From a virus: DNA of 64,000 bases. Below the pieces are notes generated by a model. It was not told the DNA's origin. It worked only from the letters and a program-made list of their open reading frames with translations, and ran no database searches. Of the stretch, positions 9,936-20,956 are shown in pieces; positions within the stretch are counted from its first letter, which is position 1; every line of letters begins with the position of its first letter. The translations under genes and the position numbers were made by a program. The DNA lies in the IMG/VR virus record IMGVR_UViG_3300039412_000320. One strand, given 5' to 3'.

Positions 9936-12900
9936 CTAACTGTAGGTTCCGGTTATCGTAGCCACATTGCCACTGATGTAAGTGACGGGCTGGCTAACGA
10001 TACTGGTCCCATTTAGAATGGTGGAGTTGCCCTCGACCGTCATACTCAGCACCGTGGAAATAGTCCCCGTTCCACTCGGGAATTGGGCCTGAATCGTCCA
10101 CCCTGTGAGCCAACCGGCGAGTGCCCCCGTACCATAGTTTGGATTGACGGCGATGACTGAGACACCGTTGGTGAACGAACAGCTTGAAACCCCTATCGAA
10201 GAGGCTACTCCACTTCCCCCTTGTTGCTGCGGGGAGATGGGCTGACTGAGGGTCACCACAAAGTTGTTATAGTTCGGGACCGTATAGGTAACCGAGATAT
10301 TAACACTTTGAAGTTGCAGAACTGCACCGGTTCCCGGCTGTTGCGAGCAGGATAGGTATAGAATGGCTCCGAAACCTGCGCTATTGACGATTGCCGGGGT
10401 AAGCCCTGCGGGGCTGTAGAAGCTGAAATCGTGAACAACATTCGCACCTTCTTGGGTCTGATTGATGGTAGAAGCCGCCCACCCCAAAAGGTTTATAGTA
10501 GTGTAAGCCCCACTCGTTCCGGCTGATTGAGTGAGGTAAACGCTGACATCCACATTAATGACGGTAGCGTTGCTCGGAATATTGAACCCAAGATTAGTCA
10601 GGAGCAGGTTCTTGGCGATGTGGGCATTGCTGTTATTAGAACCGTAGAGGGTGATGGTGTCTTGCCCACCAGAGCCGAGATTTCCATAAGTTATCCACCC
10701 CACGTCGCCGGAAACGTTAGTCTGTTCCACTTCCGAGTGAGGCAGGAAAGGACCACCCGTGTTGGTGGTGTAATTCAAAGGTGGAATGGTGACCGAAATC
10801 GGGCTGACAGAGGACACTGTGGGCTTACAGAAGTAGAGGAAATTAAGTCCCAACTGCTTGCCTCCACCGGAGCCTCCCACAGCAAACAGGTCGAAAGATT
10901 TGTTGCTGCCCTGATACCAAGCAATGTCTTGGTCGGATAGCGTCATGGAGTTTCCCGCCGAACCGGATACTGGAGTTCCTCCATTGTAAGAGAGTTGGAA
11001 ATTCGGATTGGTGTACCCAAAACTGATAAGTCCCTGATAGTTGTTGTTATCCCCGGACAGAGTAAAGTCTGTCGTGGCGGCGGTAGCAGCATCGGGGGTT
11101 TGACTGTTGTATCCTTGGAAGTCAAACTCCGGGCTGCTGGGGTTGTTATAGATGGGCAGTGTGGCGCTAACTCCCTGCAAGAGCGGTACGCCGTAGGACG
11201 GAATGCCGCCGCTGGTTACAGTGGTACGAAGTGCCCCATTGGTGTAGACCGTGTAGGTAAATGTAGCGGAAGCGTTAACCCCTCCCACATCGGTTACAGT
11301 GATGGGAAAGCTGCCACTTCCCGAGGAGAACGGTCCACTCAGGCGGATAAATGCCACTCCGCCACTTACCGACTCCACCACATAAGTGTATCCTGCGGGA
11401 GGAGTGGCACTAAGCTGACTGGTCTGTGTCGCAATGACCCCAAGAGCCACAACGTAGAACGACTTGTTTGTACGGGGGTTGATGGTGTCAACGTTGCCGT
11501 TTGCCACATAACCAAGAGAGCCGAGTGATAGGCCATTAACGTAGTCGATACCGGTCTTAAGGGTGAGACCGACAGCCACGGTGAGACTGAACTGCTTCTG
11601 GGTAGTAGAACCAGCGTTGTCCGTAACCTGAACGGTGAACGTGTAGGTTCCCGGTGCCGTGGTTTTTCCAGAAAGTATTCCCGTGGAGGAGTTGAGAGTC
11701 AGGCCGCTAGGCAAGGCCCCGGCGACAACAGTCCAAGAGTTGTATGGAGCGGAACCTCCCGAAGCGTTGAAGGTGACGGAGTAAGTAACCCCGGCTGTAG
11801 CCCCTGGTAGAGGTGAGGAGTTAGTAATAGCAAGGGTGCTAGCGGAGATGACCAACTGTAAGGGAGCGGTAATGGAGTCTGCCGGTGACATCCCATCGGA
11901 GACTGTAGCATTAAATGTCGTGTTTATCGCTGAGGCGGAAGTACCGGTCAGAAGACCCCCGGCGCTCAAACTGAAACCTCCCGGAAGACCCGTAGACGAC
12001 CACGTGTACACGGGCGCACCGCCCGTGGGCGAACCTCCTCCAGTAGCGGTTAGCTGCTGACTGTAGGCAATGTTGATAAGCCCCTGCGGAAGGGGTGAAG
12101 TGGAGGTGATAGCGATGTTGGTGCCAGCAGACATATTAACCACGGCGGTTGCCAGGTGTCCACCAAGGTCTACCGCTTGGAAAGTAACGGGGTCAGAAGC
12201 GAACGGAGCACCGGTATAAAGACCGGTGATACGGGCCGTTGCTCCATTGTCAGAGGAACTGGCTGTAAGGGTGAGAGGCCCACCTTCTCCCACAAAGAGG
12301 TTATCGGGGTCGGAAATCACCGTCCACGATACCGGTGTAGTAAAGCTGCCCTGGACCGCAAGGGTACCAAGATAATCCACTCCCCGGTTGATGGGTACTA
12401 CCCCGCTGGAGTCGATGGTCATACCAGAAAGCACGCCCACCGTGACAGTGAGTGTCTTATTGGCGGAGTTGGCAATGGAGTCTTGAACCGTAAAGGTAAC
12501 GGACTGACTTCCATAGGCAATGTCTGTAGTGGTGCCGGAAAGGACACCGGAACTATTGAACGTGATACCAGTCGGCAGGGGAGCGGCGGGCTGCCATGTG
12601 TAGGGAGCAATACCACCTACCGCCTGTAACTGGAATGTGTAGGGGGTTGCGGCGGTGATGGGGGCAATGGATGTGGTGGTGATGGTCAAAGCACTATTTA
12701 CCGTAAGAGTAATCACCCGGTGGGTAACAATACTGTTGCTATCAGTTAGAGTAAAGGTGACGTTAGCACTGTACGGCTCAGTCACTATACCAGAAGGAAC
12801 GGTCCCGGACAGAACTCCCGTAGAAGCATTAAGAGTAAGATAGGGGGAAAGTGGGGCGGCACTGGTCAGTATATCACTTGACCATGAGTAAGGAGGTACA

Positions 12901-15677
12901 CCACCATACCCCACAAGAGTCTGAGAGTATGGAACGGTCACCACAATAGACTGCAAAGTGCTCGTCAGGATTGTGAGCGGGGTGATGTACTGAATGGCGA
13001 GCCGCTGATAGAGATAGGAAGAGGACCCCGATGTGTCGGTAAGCTGAATCCACAAATCAAAATACCCAGCTTCGGTGGGAGTCCCACTCAAAGTAGCGGT
13101 GTTACCGGCAACAGCAAAACTTAAGCCAGCCGGGAGATGACCACGATACACCGTGGCGGATACCAAGGGAGCCGAACCGGAGGTAACAATGGTCCCTGTG
13201 TACGAGGTTGTGAGTTTACCCGTTCCGAGATGAGAAGTCAACGAGTTGCCCTTGGGGACCGTATTCCAATTGACGGTGATGGTGCCATGAACGTTGGAGG
13301 AGGCATCAATATACTCAAACACGGTTGCCGGGGCGTATGTGGCGAGCAAGTTTCCGTAGACTAGGCCCGTATTTTGGTCCAGAGATAAGCCGGTAGGTAG
13401 AGCAGAACCACTCTTAAGCCTAACAGTAAAAGAAGATTCTGGAGGACTACCAACGGGAAGCAATGAGGAGTTGAAATATGGGCGTTGGGGATTAAGTCCT
13501 ACAGCGTCCCCGATGATGTAAGGGCGGGCAAAGTTGGTCACCACTCCGATGTCTCCCAAAGAGGCAATGTCATTGTGGGAGAGGAGTGAGAAGGTACGGA
13601 TAATGGTTGCTACCGTATCTACCCCGTTGGTAAGAATGATGGGGACATCTGCTTCGGTGTTACCGTAGCTCGTGGGCGGGCCAGAGACTTCGATAAGTGG
13701 ACCGGCGACCGGAGGAGACTGAGGACTGACGGAGGTGATTGGGCAGACTGTTACAGCCAACCCATTGGGATTGACAAAGTCACCACCGGGAACGGGGAAG
13801 TTATTATTCTGATTGAGAACGAAACCTTGGAAGGTGCCAGATATCGCCTCTGTCAGGGGGTTGGTTTCTCCATATCCCCAGATGTGGTCGAATGCCGCTG
13901 CGGTATCGAGAATGTTGTTAACTTCGGTCTGAGCCGTGTAGTAAACTTTGGCAACAACAGTAGCGGGTGAGGGGGTAGCGCTGTCCGTCACGGGGATAGT
14001 CAGGTAGTGTACTCCCAGCTTATCGTTGGGGACAGTTATCTGTGCTTCCACTACTCCGTCGATGAGGCTGAAAGAAGCCAAGCTAAGGTCATCGGAGGGG
14101 GAGTTGAGGGTGTAGGGTGGGACTCCTCCAAACACCGGCACATCAATCCTGAAACTCTGCCCGGCGTAGATAACGGATTGGTCGGGATTCCCAACCGTAA
14201 GGGCCGCACGAGATAGTGTTAACGTAAAGGTACTGGAGGCCAGTGCTCCCACGGCGTCCTGAACCTGTATCGTAACGGAGAACAGGTTGCTAAAGTCTGT
14301 GAGACTATAGGTGCAAGGAACGCCGGAAATCAATCCGGTTGCAGGGTTGATGGTGAGACCAACCGGCAACGCTCCTCCCTGAATGGACCATGTGAATGGC
14401 AGCAATCCCCCGGTGTTCACCATTTGCTGGGTGTAGGGAGTAAGAACCGTCGCATTAGCAATGGACGTTGTAGTGATGGTAAGATTAGTGGGGATAGTGA
14501 AAGTGAATGTCCCCTCGGCGATAAATGCCGGTGTGGTGCTATCCATCACGGAGATGTTGACGGTGAAGTTGCCTAGTTGTGTGGGAGTACCGCTTATGGT
14601 TCCGTCGATACTCATCTTGAGGCCGGGAGGAAGCCCGTCCGCAAACCAACTATAAGGGGCATTACCACCCGCTGCCGCCATCTTGAAATCCAGCATGGGG
14701 ATACCAACATAAGAGTTGCTGGGCAGGGAAGCGGTTTGGATGCTGACAGGAGACAGTGTGCCTGTGCTGGGAACAACCTCTGTCAACGGCTCCAAAAGCT
14801 CCTGTGCTTGCGGGCGTCCTGAGAATGGGAACACGTCCAGCGCCATGGTGCCAAGGAGGCTGCTGGCATTGCTGTAACGGCTTGTAGCAACGAGAAGCTT
14901 GAGTTCGTTCGTTATCATGTCCCGGACGAGGCTGCGGACAATGACCTCAAAGGGCTGAGGTGCGGTCAGCACGGAGGTGTTGTTGACAATCTCGAATCCC
15001 TGTTCCCCGGCGACACCGAGGGTACCAGTGATGGAGGTTTCCGGGGCAGCGTTGTACTGCTGGTTCATCACGTAGACGCTGAAAGCAAATGACCGGGTGA
15101 GCTTAACGGGCGGTGTGTTGAGGCTGAAATCGTTAAGCACCTGCACAATAATGGTCTGAGTCCCCGGTGTGGTAAAAATCTTGGTGACTACCCGGTTGCT
15201 CAAAGGCAACGGACCGGAACTGGTGCCATCCTGATAGAGAACCTGCCACGAGCTTGAGTTCGAGCCATCGTAAAGGCTGCTGAGGGTGATGGTCAAAGTC
15301 TGCCCGAGAAGCAGGGTGCTGTTGTCATAAGCTACAAGGCTGCTCGTAATAGCGGGCGGGAAAGTGTGGTACACATCCCAGAAGGGGCTGTCCTGATATT
15401 GAGTAAGGTCGGAGGACACTGCAACCATACTCATGGCATAACCGCTCACCTGCAAGGTCTCTTCAAAGGACGGACTGCTTACCGTTCCCCCAAAACTCAA
15501 GCCGGTGGTGAAGACGGAAGTCGGAGAAGCATTCGGCGGGGTAGCAAGGTAGATGTTCCACCCGGAGTAGAGCGTGTATCCGCCATTGACCTTGGGCGGA
15601 GTCCAGTTTACCGTGAGGATATAACTTTCACTTATATCAGCTATTGTTGGAGAGGTTGGTAAAAGGGGTAAACTCAT
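9936..15677 (-). CDS. Giant adhesin-like structural protein with repeated putative Ig (He_PIG/CADG-like) domains
   Basis: 1913-aa ORF. It carries many repeats of the pattern LP.GL(S/T).(N/D)..TG.(I/L)SG(T/K)P...G.Y.F.V...D (for example LPSGLTLNSSTGILSGKTTAPGTYTFTVQVTD and LPAGLSFAVAGNTATLSGTPTEAGYFD). Confidence 0.7.
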   Translation of the reverse strand: MSLPLLPTSPTIADISESYILTVNWTPPKVNGGYTLYSGWNIYLATPPNASPTSVFTTGLSFGGTVSSPSFEETLQVSGYAMSMVAVSSDLTQYQDSPFWDVYHTFPPAITSSLVAYDNSTLLLGQTLTITLSSLYDGSNSSSWQVLYQDGTSSGPLPLSNRVVTKIFTTPGTQTIIVQVLNDFSLNTPPVKLTRSFAFSVYVMNQQYNAAPETSITGTLGVAGEQGFEIVNNTSVLTAPQPFEVIVRSLVRDMITNELKLLVATSRYSNASSLLGTMALDVFPFSGRPQAQELLEPLTEVVPSTGTLSPVSIQTASLPSNSYVGIPMLDFKMAAAGGNAPYSWFADGLPPGLKMSIDGTISGTPTQLGNFTVNISVMDSTTPAFIAEGTFTFTIPTNLTITTTSIANATVLTPYTQQMVNTGGLLPFTWSIQGGALPVGLTINPATGLISGVPCTYSLTDFSNLFSVTIQVQDAVGALASSTFTLTLSRAALTVGNPDQSVIYAGQSFRIDVPVFGGVPPYTLNSPSDDLSLASFSLIDGVVEAQITVPNDKLGVHYLTIPVTDSATPSPATVVAKVYYTAQTEVNNILDTAAAFDHIWGYGETNPLTEAISGTFQGFVLNQNNNFPVPGGDFVNPNGLAVTVCPITSVSPQSPPVAGPLIEVSGPPTSYGNTEADVPIILTNGVDTVATIIRTFSLLSHNDIASLGDIGVVTNFARPYIIGDAVGLNPQRPYFNSSLLPVGSPPESSFTVRLKSGSALPTGLSLDQNTGLVYGNLLATYAPATVFEYIDASSNVHGTITVNWNTVPKGNSLTSHLGTGKLTTSYTGTIVTSGSAPLVSATVYRGHLPAGLSFAVAGNTATLSGTPTEAGYFDLWIQLTDTSGSSSYLYQRLAIQYITPLTILTSTLQSIVVTVPYSQTLVGYGGVPPYSWSSDILTSAAPLSPYLTLNASTGVLSGTVPSGIVTEPYSANVTFTLTDSNSIVTHRVITLTVNSALTITTTSIAPITAATPYTFQLQAVGGIAPYTWQPAAPLPTGITFNSSGVLSGTTTDIAYGSQSVTFTVQDSIANSANKTLTVTVGVLSGMTIDSSGVVPINRGVDYLGTLAVQGSFTTPVSWTVISDPDNLFVGEGGPLTLTASSSDNGATARITGLYTGAPFASDPVTFQAVDLGGHLATAVVNMSAGTNIAITSTSPLPQGLINIAYSQQLTATGGGSPTGGAPVYTWSSTGLPGGFSLSAGGLLTGTSASAINTTFNATVSDGMSPADSITAPLQLVISASTLAITNSSPLPGATAGVTYSVTFNASGGSAPYNSWTVVAGALPSGLTLNSSTGILSGKTTAPGTYTFTVQVTDNAGSTTQKQFSLTVAVGLTLKTGIDYVNGLSLGSLGYVANGNVDTINPRTNKSFYVVALGVIATQTSQLSATPPAGYTYVVESVSGGVAFIRLSGPFSSGSGSFPITVTDVGGVNASATFTYTVYTNGALRTTVTSGGIPSYGVPLLQGVSATLPIYNNPSSPEFDFQGYNSQTPDAATAATTDFTLSGDNNNYQGLISFGYTNPNFQLSYNGGTPVSGSAGNSMTLSDQDIAWYQGSNKSFDLFAVGGSGGGKQLGLNFLYFCKPTVSSVSPISVTIPPLNYTTNTGGPFLPHSEVEQTNVSGDVGWITYGNLGSGGQDTITLYGSNNSNAHIAKNLLLTNLGFNIPSNATVINVDVSVYLTQSAGTSGAYTTINLLGWAASTINQTQEGANVVHDFSFYSPAGLTPAIVNSAGFGAILYLSCSQQPGTGAVLQLQSVNISVTYTVPNYNNFVVTLSQPISPQQQGGSGVASSIGVSSCSFTNGVSVIAVNPNYGTGALAGWLTGWTIQAQFPSGTGTISTVLSMTVEGNSTILNGTSIVSQPVTYISGNVATITGTYS

Positions 15678-16450
15678 ATAGTTTTTGTTTTCCTCTTTAA
15701 GGATTCCCGATTAATCGCCGCCAATCTAATCTTGGCTATGGTTTCGGGAGAATGTTTACGACCAATACGGGCAGCACTCAATTTGGCAAACATTTCTGGT
15801 GTACCCATAGTATGTTGAAGAGAAGCTCTAATCTTTGCTCGATGTTCATCCGAAAGTGTTTTTCCTGTCATAGCAAGACTTAACTTGGCACGAGTTTCTG
15901 GGGATAATTTTTTACCGGTTCGTACCTTGCTTAAGTTAGCGCACCATTCAGTCGAACGAACTTTTCCCGTATTGGCTGCTCGTATCTTAGCACGAGTTTC
16001 CATTGAACACGCCCCACGATGGATTCCTTTAAGGGACAAACTTATCTTTTTTCTTGTTTCCAAAGTGTGTTTCCTACCTGTCATAATCTTGCTTCTCTGA
16101 ATACGACTCTCAGGTGACCACCTCACCCCTATCGCTGAGCATTCACCACCGGTACTATAATTGTATCCAAAATCAGGATTCGTTGAACGATGGTTAAGTA
16201 TTTCCTTTATTTCCAGCACGTTAACTTCTTCTTTAGAAAGATGTGGTCCATGTAACACTTTTATGTCAAAGGATTCAAGACCATACTTTTTTAATGCCCT
16301 ATAGAGCCTAAGACCCTTTCTTTTAACTTCGGCACAATGTCCCCTCCATCTTGTCTTTATCCCATTGGAAGTCTGACCAACATAAACCTTTCCATTCACT
16401 TTATTAGTGATAAGATAAACTAGCCATACACGAGACTTTTTCATAAACAC
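15674..16450 (-). CDS. GIY-YIG homing endonuclease with NUMOD3-like repeats
   Basis: VWLVYLITNKVNGKVYVGQTSNGIKTRWRGH is the GIY-YIG motif. The C-terminal half repeats SPETRAKI/HRAKIRA DNA-binding modules. Confidence 0.8.
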   Translation of the reverse strand: MFMKKSRVWLVYLITNKVNGKVYVGQTSNGIKTRWRGHCAEVKRKGLRLYRALKKYGLESFDIKVLHGPHLSKEEVNVLEIKEILNHRSTNPDFGYNYSTGGECSAIGVRWSPESRIQRSKIMTGRKHTLETRKKISLSLKGIHRGACSMETRAKIRAANTGKVRSTEWCANLSKVRTGKKLSPETRAKLSLAMTGKTLSDEHRAKIRASLQHTMGTPEMFAKLSAARIGRKHSPETIAKIRLAAINRESLKRKTKTI

Positions 16451-16456
16451 ACAACC

Positions 16457-19400
16457 TTAAATCTGTGTAACCACAGAGCTTGTAGAATCGGTTGTTATTC
16501 CCCCGATAAAGGGGTCCAGAGCAACTGATCTTGCCAATATCGAATTTGCCGTCAGATTGGCTGCGCCTGCGGTCTGGAAAGTGCTGTCCGCCACGATGGT
16601 GGAGTTAAGCTGAGCGTAAGCCACAACCGTACTGGGGGCAATATTTGTCTCCTGACTGATTCCGTGCATAGACAGGTTGGTGCAGGAGGACCGCTCTGCG
16701 ATGAAGAAAGCTCCGGGGGTATCCCCGACCGCTACGGCAAGGGCCACACCGGATACAGTAAGCTCCGACTGAGACAAGACAAAGCCGGTGCCGGAAGTCG
16801 GCAAGCTGACCGAACCTCCGGTCATAATAACACCGCAGCCCTGCTCGAACCCGCCCGCCTGTGCATTGTTGACAAACACACAAGACACAAACTCTATATC
16901 GGAGTCAATACCGTAAACAGCGGGATTGACAAATCCTTGGAACTGGATGTTATTGAACAACACCCGGCTGTTGTCTACGAAGAACGCCGAGGTCGGCCCG
17001 TCGCCAAATCCACTGAATCCTGTGGCGTCAATGACGATAGGACTGGTAGCACTCGCCGTGCTAGTGATAACAATACGTCCCTCTTCCTGAATGGAGAAGG
17101 CGAGATTAGCAAGAGCATACCACTTGGCAGTACGAAGTGTTCCATCACCAAGAGCGATTACCTGCAAAGTGGAAGCGAGGCGGGTGATGTTATACGCTAT
17201 ACCCGTGGTGATAAGTTGAATGGAACAGGGGTGACGGAGGACCGGAGGCAGGCTGTTTACTGCCGCCGTGATGGTGAGCTTCGGCGTAGTCGGGTCCAGA
17301 CCATCATTGGAGTCGTTGCCGCTTACATTATTCACATACAGAACGATGGGAGCAACGGTCGCCTGCAAGTTCTGACCAAGTACCGTCTTCGGAGTTGGCG
17401 GGGCAATGGCAAACCCGACATGGGGGTTAGACTGCCCAAACCCTCTGCCGCCTGTACCACCTTGTAGAAGGGTAACGACCTTCCTGATATCCTTGTTCAT
17501 GGGCAGGATGAAATCGTTAGTATGCAGCGGGGCCTCGAAGGTGGTCTCCACGTTATTCTGCCGCATTGCCACATAGTTGCTATCGAAGAAGGTTGCCAAC
17601 GGGATATTGGCGAGACCAGAATCCGGCCAACTGACCAACCTCGGTAGCGGAATAGCGACGGGTAACTCCCGGTTATACGGGTACACATCCGAGAGTCCGA
17701 CCTGCGGAGCCGCCCCGGCACCGTTGGTGGTGATGAGAGCGTTATCAATGGTGTAGAGGATTTCGTACTGACGAGTCAAAACCCCCTCCCCCTGATAGGG
17801 AACATACCGCTCTTCCACCGTGAAGGTGGAGTTGGGGTCGAAAGCAGGGAGGATGGAGCCGACAAAGAAAGAGTAGGCTCCTCCGTTGTTCGGGTCAAGG
17901 TTAACTCCCGGTATGGTGATAATAACCAGACCGTTGTTGAAATCTGCCGTGGAGATGGGCACGGCGTTAAGGTTGTTGGATTGTCCCACCGCCCATACCA
18001 TCTTGATAACATCATCCCCGGAGATTCCCTTAATGGTACATCCCTTGGCGGCGAGAACCACTGTACTGGCATTAGTGACATTACTGTAGGAGACGGACTC
18101 TACAACCACCCTCGGGTCCATCCTGAGAGAAGAGAGAGCGGGAGGAAGATTACCGAAAAGGACGGTCTCCTCGATTTCCGTAATGCCCTTCACCGGGGCA
18201 TTGAATGCCGCCTGCGCCGTATTCTGTGCCATGAAGGACATGACCACGGTACTGGTGAGAGACACGGCTCCCTGAATGGTGACAATGCAGTTGGTGCCAC
18301 TTATGGTGCGAGAGGTGATGGCGTAGGATAGGCCCGAGGCGAGGTCAAACGCCGACACGACGTACAATCCGTTAACCGGCCCGTTGAGACTCTGATTGGG
18401 GACAATGAAGGTTGTAACGGGGCTACCCGCCACGGTCTGCTGAGTTCCCGAGGAACCCGCTACCTGCACATAGATGCGGGTCCCGAAGGCCACATTGGAG
18501 TACTCGGGGTTGAATGTCCAGACTTGGTAAGCTTCCGAAGAAATCTGCTGCGTTTGAATGGCGTATTCTGACACGCCGTAGACGGGAAGAGTCGTGCCAC
18601 TGGTATAGTCGTACAAGATACCGCCGTCCACAGCGAAAGGAGTCTGGATGAGATTCGCCGCTCCGCCAGCCGGGTAACTGATGCCGAGGGTAACATAAAG
18701 GTTGTTCGCTCCGGGGTCGAAGGGTGTCCCGTAAAGGTTGTTAGGGAATGATACGATGATGGTCTTTGAGTTCAGGCCGGTGATGAGAATCTGCCCGGAG
18801 AGGAGGTTGATGGGGGTTTTGATTCCCCCTACAAGGTTGAATCCCTGCACAAAGGCCGAGGTGATGGTTGCCACGGTGTTTGTCGGGAGGCTGACGGTGA
18901 AGGCGTCATTCTGTGCCCATGCCGCTCCCGGTGTACCCACGGACTTACCGATGGTTCCCGAGGTGCCATTCGGATTAGCGGGGGTGCTGGCAGTACCGTT
19001 TATGCTGATTTGCTTGGTCACATAGAAGGTCCGAGCGTCACTGCTGAATCCGTTGGAGAAGCCATCCCAAGCTTCCACGGTATTGCTACCGATGATTACA
19101 CTGGGGGCCATGGAGACGTAGTAGTCAAGCGTGGACCCGAGAGCGGAGACACTCATGCCGGGCGATTGTCCTCTGCCGATAGTGCTCCGCAGGTTACCGC
19201 TGATGAGGTCCACGAATCCCTCACCGATGAGCTTTTCGTAGTCCCAGCTATCTTGGCTTACCGACTGGCGTGTATCCACAGTATCGTCGGCGAATATCTG
19301 GTCTGCCAGACGAGAATCATACCGTCCCGAGAGACCATAAACGATGAGACCGGAGTTGGCATTGAGGGCATTGGCACACCCAAAGATGTTGCTTCCCAAG

Positions 19401-20266
19401 GAGAAGGGACCAGAGTTGCGTTGGAAGACCACGGCAACCGGCATAGCGTAGCTGTAGCCGTCCATGGTGCCCAACAGGTTGGTGGGGTCTCCATCTCCTG
19501 CCCGCCAAATGCCAGTGTCTCCCGTCACGGTTCCAAGATTCTGAAATTGGAAGGTGGTATTGCCGGTGACGGGGGAGGCCAAGCTGGCTTGTGCATAAAC
19601 AGCCTGATTGGTTCCGGCACCCGAGGGGTCAATGCCATAACGGAAACGGGTGAAGTCATAGGAAAGCCCGACCCGCTGGACATTAAGCCGCCACTGTATC
19701 TGGGCACGCTGGGTCGTGTAGAGTCCGTTGTTGAATACGTCCACTGAGTCATCCGGGATGGATTCGAGGAAAGCGGCGTTGGGTGTCACACAACCGTAGG
19801 GGTAGAAATAATTCAGATTCGTGGTCGGGTCAACATAATATCCAACTCCGGTCGTGGGGTCAAGTGATTGATACCAAAGCTCCAGAAAAACGACGTAGAT
19901 TCTTGCAGGTTCATCCGCCGTGTAGGTAGTCCAAAAGAGGGGAGCGGGCAGGACCACTTGGTTAAGGGCTTGATTGGCGGACAGGGAGCCGGTCATGGTG
20001 ACCACCTCTCCGTTGAAGAGAACGTCCGCTTGCGGAACAGTAAAGGTGTTGGCAACCGTGGTGTTGAAAACCATGGGACTCCATGTGAGGAATCCCGAGG
20101 TAACGGGGCTATCCTTTACAAGCTGTTGGCGCTGCAACCTTTGAAGGTCCTGTATCAGGTTGACATCGGCGTCCGAAATTTCATGGTCATGCAATCCGAC
20201 GACGGTCAAAAGACTTTTGCCGGTCGGGTCTAACGTTCTGGAAACCACCGAAGGATATTCAAACAT
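16457..20266 (-). CDS. Giant tail fibre / spike structural protein
   Basis: 1269-aa ORF with low-complexity, beta-rich, Gly/Ser/Thr-rich sequence. It is flanked by homing endonuclease genes. Confidence 0.65.
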   Translation of the reverse strand: MFEYPSVVSRTLDPTGKSLLTVVGLHDHEISDADVNLIQDLQRLQRQQLVKDSPVTSGFLTWSPMVFNTTVANTFTVPQADVLFNGEVVTMTGSLSANQALNQVVLPAPLFWTTYTADEPARIYVVFLELWYQSLDPTTGVGYYVDPTTNLNYFYPYGCVTPNAAFLESIPDDSVDVFNNGLYTTQRAQIQWRLNVQRVGLSYDFTRFRYGIDPSGAGTNQAVYAQASLASPVTGNTTFQFQNLGTVTGDTGIWRAGDGDPTNLLGTMDGYSYAMPVAVVFQRNSGPFSLGSNIFGCANALNANSGLIVYGLSGRYDSRLADQIFADDTVDTRQSVSQDSWDYEKLIGEGFVDLISGNLRSTIGRGQSPGMSVSALGSTLDYYVSMAPSVIIGSNTVEAWDGFSNGFSSDARTFYVTKQISINGTASTPANPNGTSGTIGKSVGTPGAAWAQNDAFTVSLPTNTVATITSAFVQGFNLVGGIKTPINLLSGQILITGLNSKTIIVSFPNNLYGTPFDPGANNLYVTLGISYPAGGAANLIQTPFAVDGGILYDYTSGTTLPVYGVSEYAIQTQQISSEAYQVWTFNPEYSNVAFGTRIYVQVAGSSGTQQTVAGSPVTTFIVPNQSLNGPVNGLYVVSAFDLASGLSYAITSRTISGTNCIVTIQGAVSLTSTVVMSFMAQNTAQAAFNAPVKGITEIEETVLFGNLPPALSSLRMDPRVVVESVSYSNVTNASTVVLAAKGCTIKGISGDDVIKMVWAVGQSNNLNAVPISTADFNNGLVIITIPGVNLDPNNGGAYSFFVGSILPAFDPNSTFTVEERYVPYQGEGVLTRQYEILYTIDNALITTNGAGAAPQVGLSDVYPYNRELPVAIPLPRLVSWPDSGLANIPLATFFDSNYVAMRQNNVETTFEAPLHTNDFILPMNKDIRKVVTLLQGGTGGRGFGQSNPHVGFAIAPPTPKTVLGQNLQATVAPIVLYVNNVSGNDSNDGLDPTTPKLTITAAVNSLPPVLRHPCSIQLITTGIAYNITRLASTLQVIALGDGTLRTAKWYALANLAFSIQEEGRIVITSTASATSPIVIDATGFSGFGDGPTSAFFVDNSRVLFNNIQFQGFVNPAVYGIDSDIEFVSCVFVNNAQAGGFEQGCGVIMTGGSVSLPTSGTGFVLSQSELTVSGVALAVAVGDTPGAFFIAERSSCTNLSMHGISQETNIAPSTVVAYAQLNSTIVADSTFQTAGAANLTANSILARSVALDPFIGGITTDSTSSVVTQI

Positions 20267-20861
20267 TTGTTGCCCCTTCTTCTACAAAGTGTGCGGTAGT
20301 TTTTTTATCTTGAAATGCTTGAATTTTCTTGATGTGGTTTAAGAAATCAGTTGTAATTAAGTTTCTCTTCATCCAATTGCATCTATGACAACAAGGAACG
20401 GTATTTTTCAGGGTATATCCCTGATTGTTGTCCAGACGGTCGAGACCATTATAGAAAAAACTACCATGTTGTTTGGATTTGTAACTAAGGTTTGTCGGTA
20501 ACCCCCCGCAATAAAAGCAGTTTTTAGTTATCAGGGTGAAAAAATCTGAAGCGGTTATGTCCCACCCAAGGTTTCTTTTCTTGGCTCCCTGTTTATAGGT
20601 ACGCAAAACACAATTCCTCGCTGCCTCTCCTTCGGGAAGGGAGGTTTTAATATTCCTAACTTTCAATGATTCCCTTTGTAGACAACCACAACTTTTTGTA
20701 TGACCGGACCTTATGGTCCAACCTACGGAAGGAAACTCTTTTCCACAACAGCACCTAACCTGCCAGAAAGCTTGAGTACTTTTCTGCTTTTCTTTTGGTA
20801 TTTTGCGTATAACAAAGAGAGTCCCATAGGTTTTACCAGTCATATCAATCAGTTCAGCCAC
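20259..20861 (-). CDS. His-Me finger (HNH/endonuclease VII-like) homing endonuclease, paralog family A
   Basis: N-terminal LTGKTYGTLFV...CCCGKE...TKSCGC zinc-ribbon-like segment plus C-terminal YNGLDRLDN..GYTLKNTVPCCHRCNWMK. It is paralogous to the ORFs at 21474, 23104 and 59042. Confidence 0.7.
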   Translation of the reverse strand: MAELIDMTGKTYGTLFVIRKIPKEKQKSTQAFWQVRCCCGKEFPSVGWTIRSGHTKSCGCLQRESLKVRNIKTSLPEGEAARNCVLRTYKQGAKKRNLGWDITASDFFTLITKNCFYCGGLPTNLSYKSKQHGSFFYNGLDRLDNNQGYTLKNTVPCCHRCNWMKRNLITTDFLNHIKKIQAFQDKKTTAHFVEEGATNV

Positions 20862-20956
20862 GGCGGTTACCTCTACTAATGAGTTGGAAAGTTAGATAAA
20901 TCCCATATGTGAATTCCAAAATTTCAACTTTCAATACCGTTTTTTAGGAGATTTAA

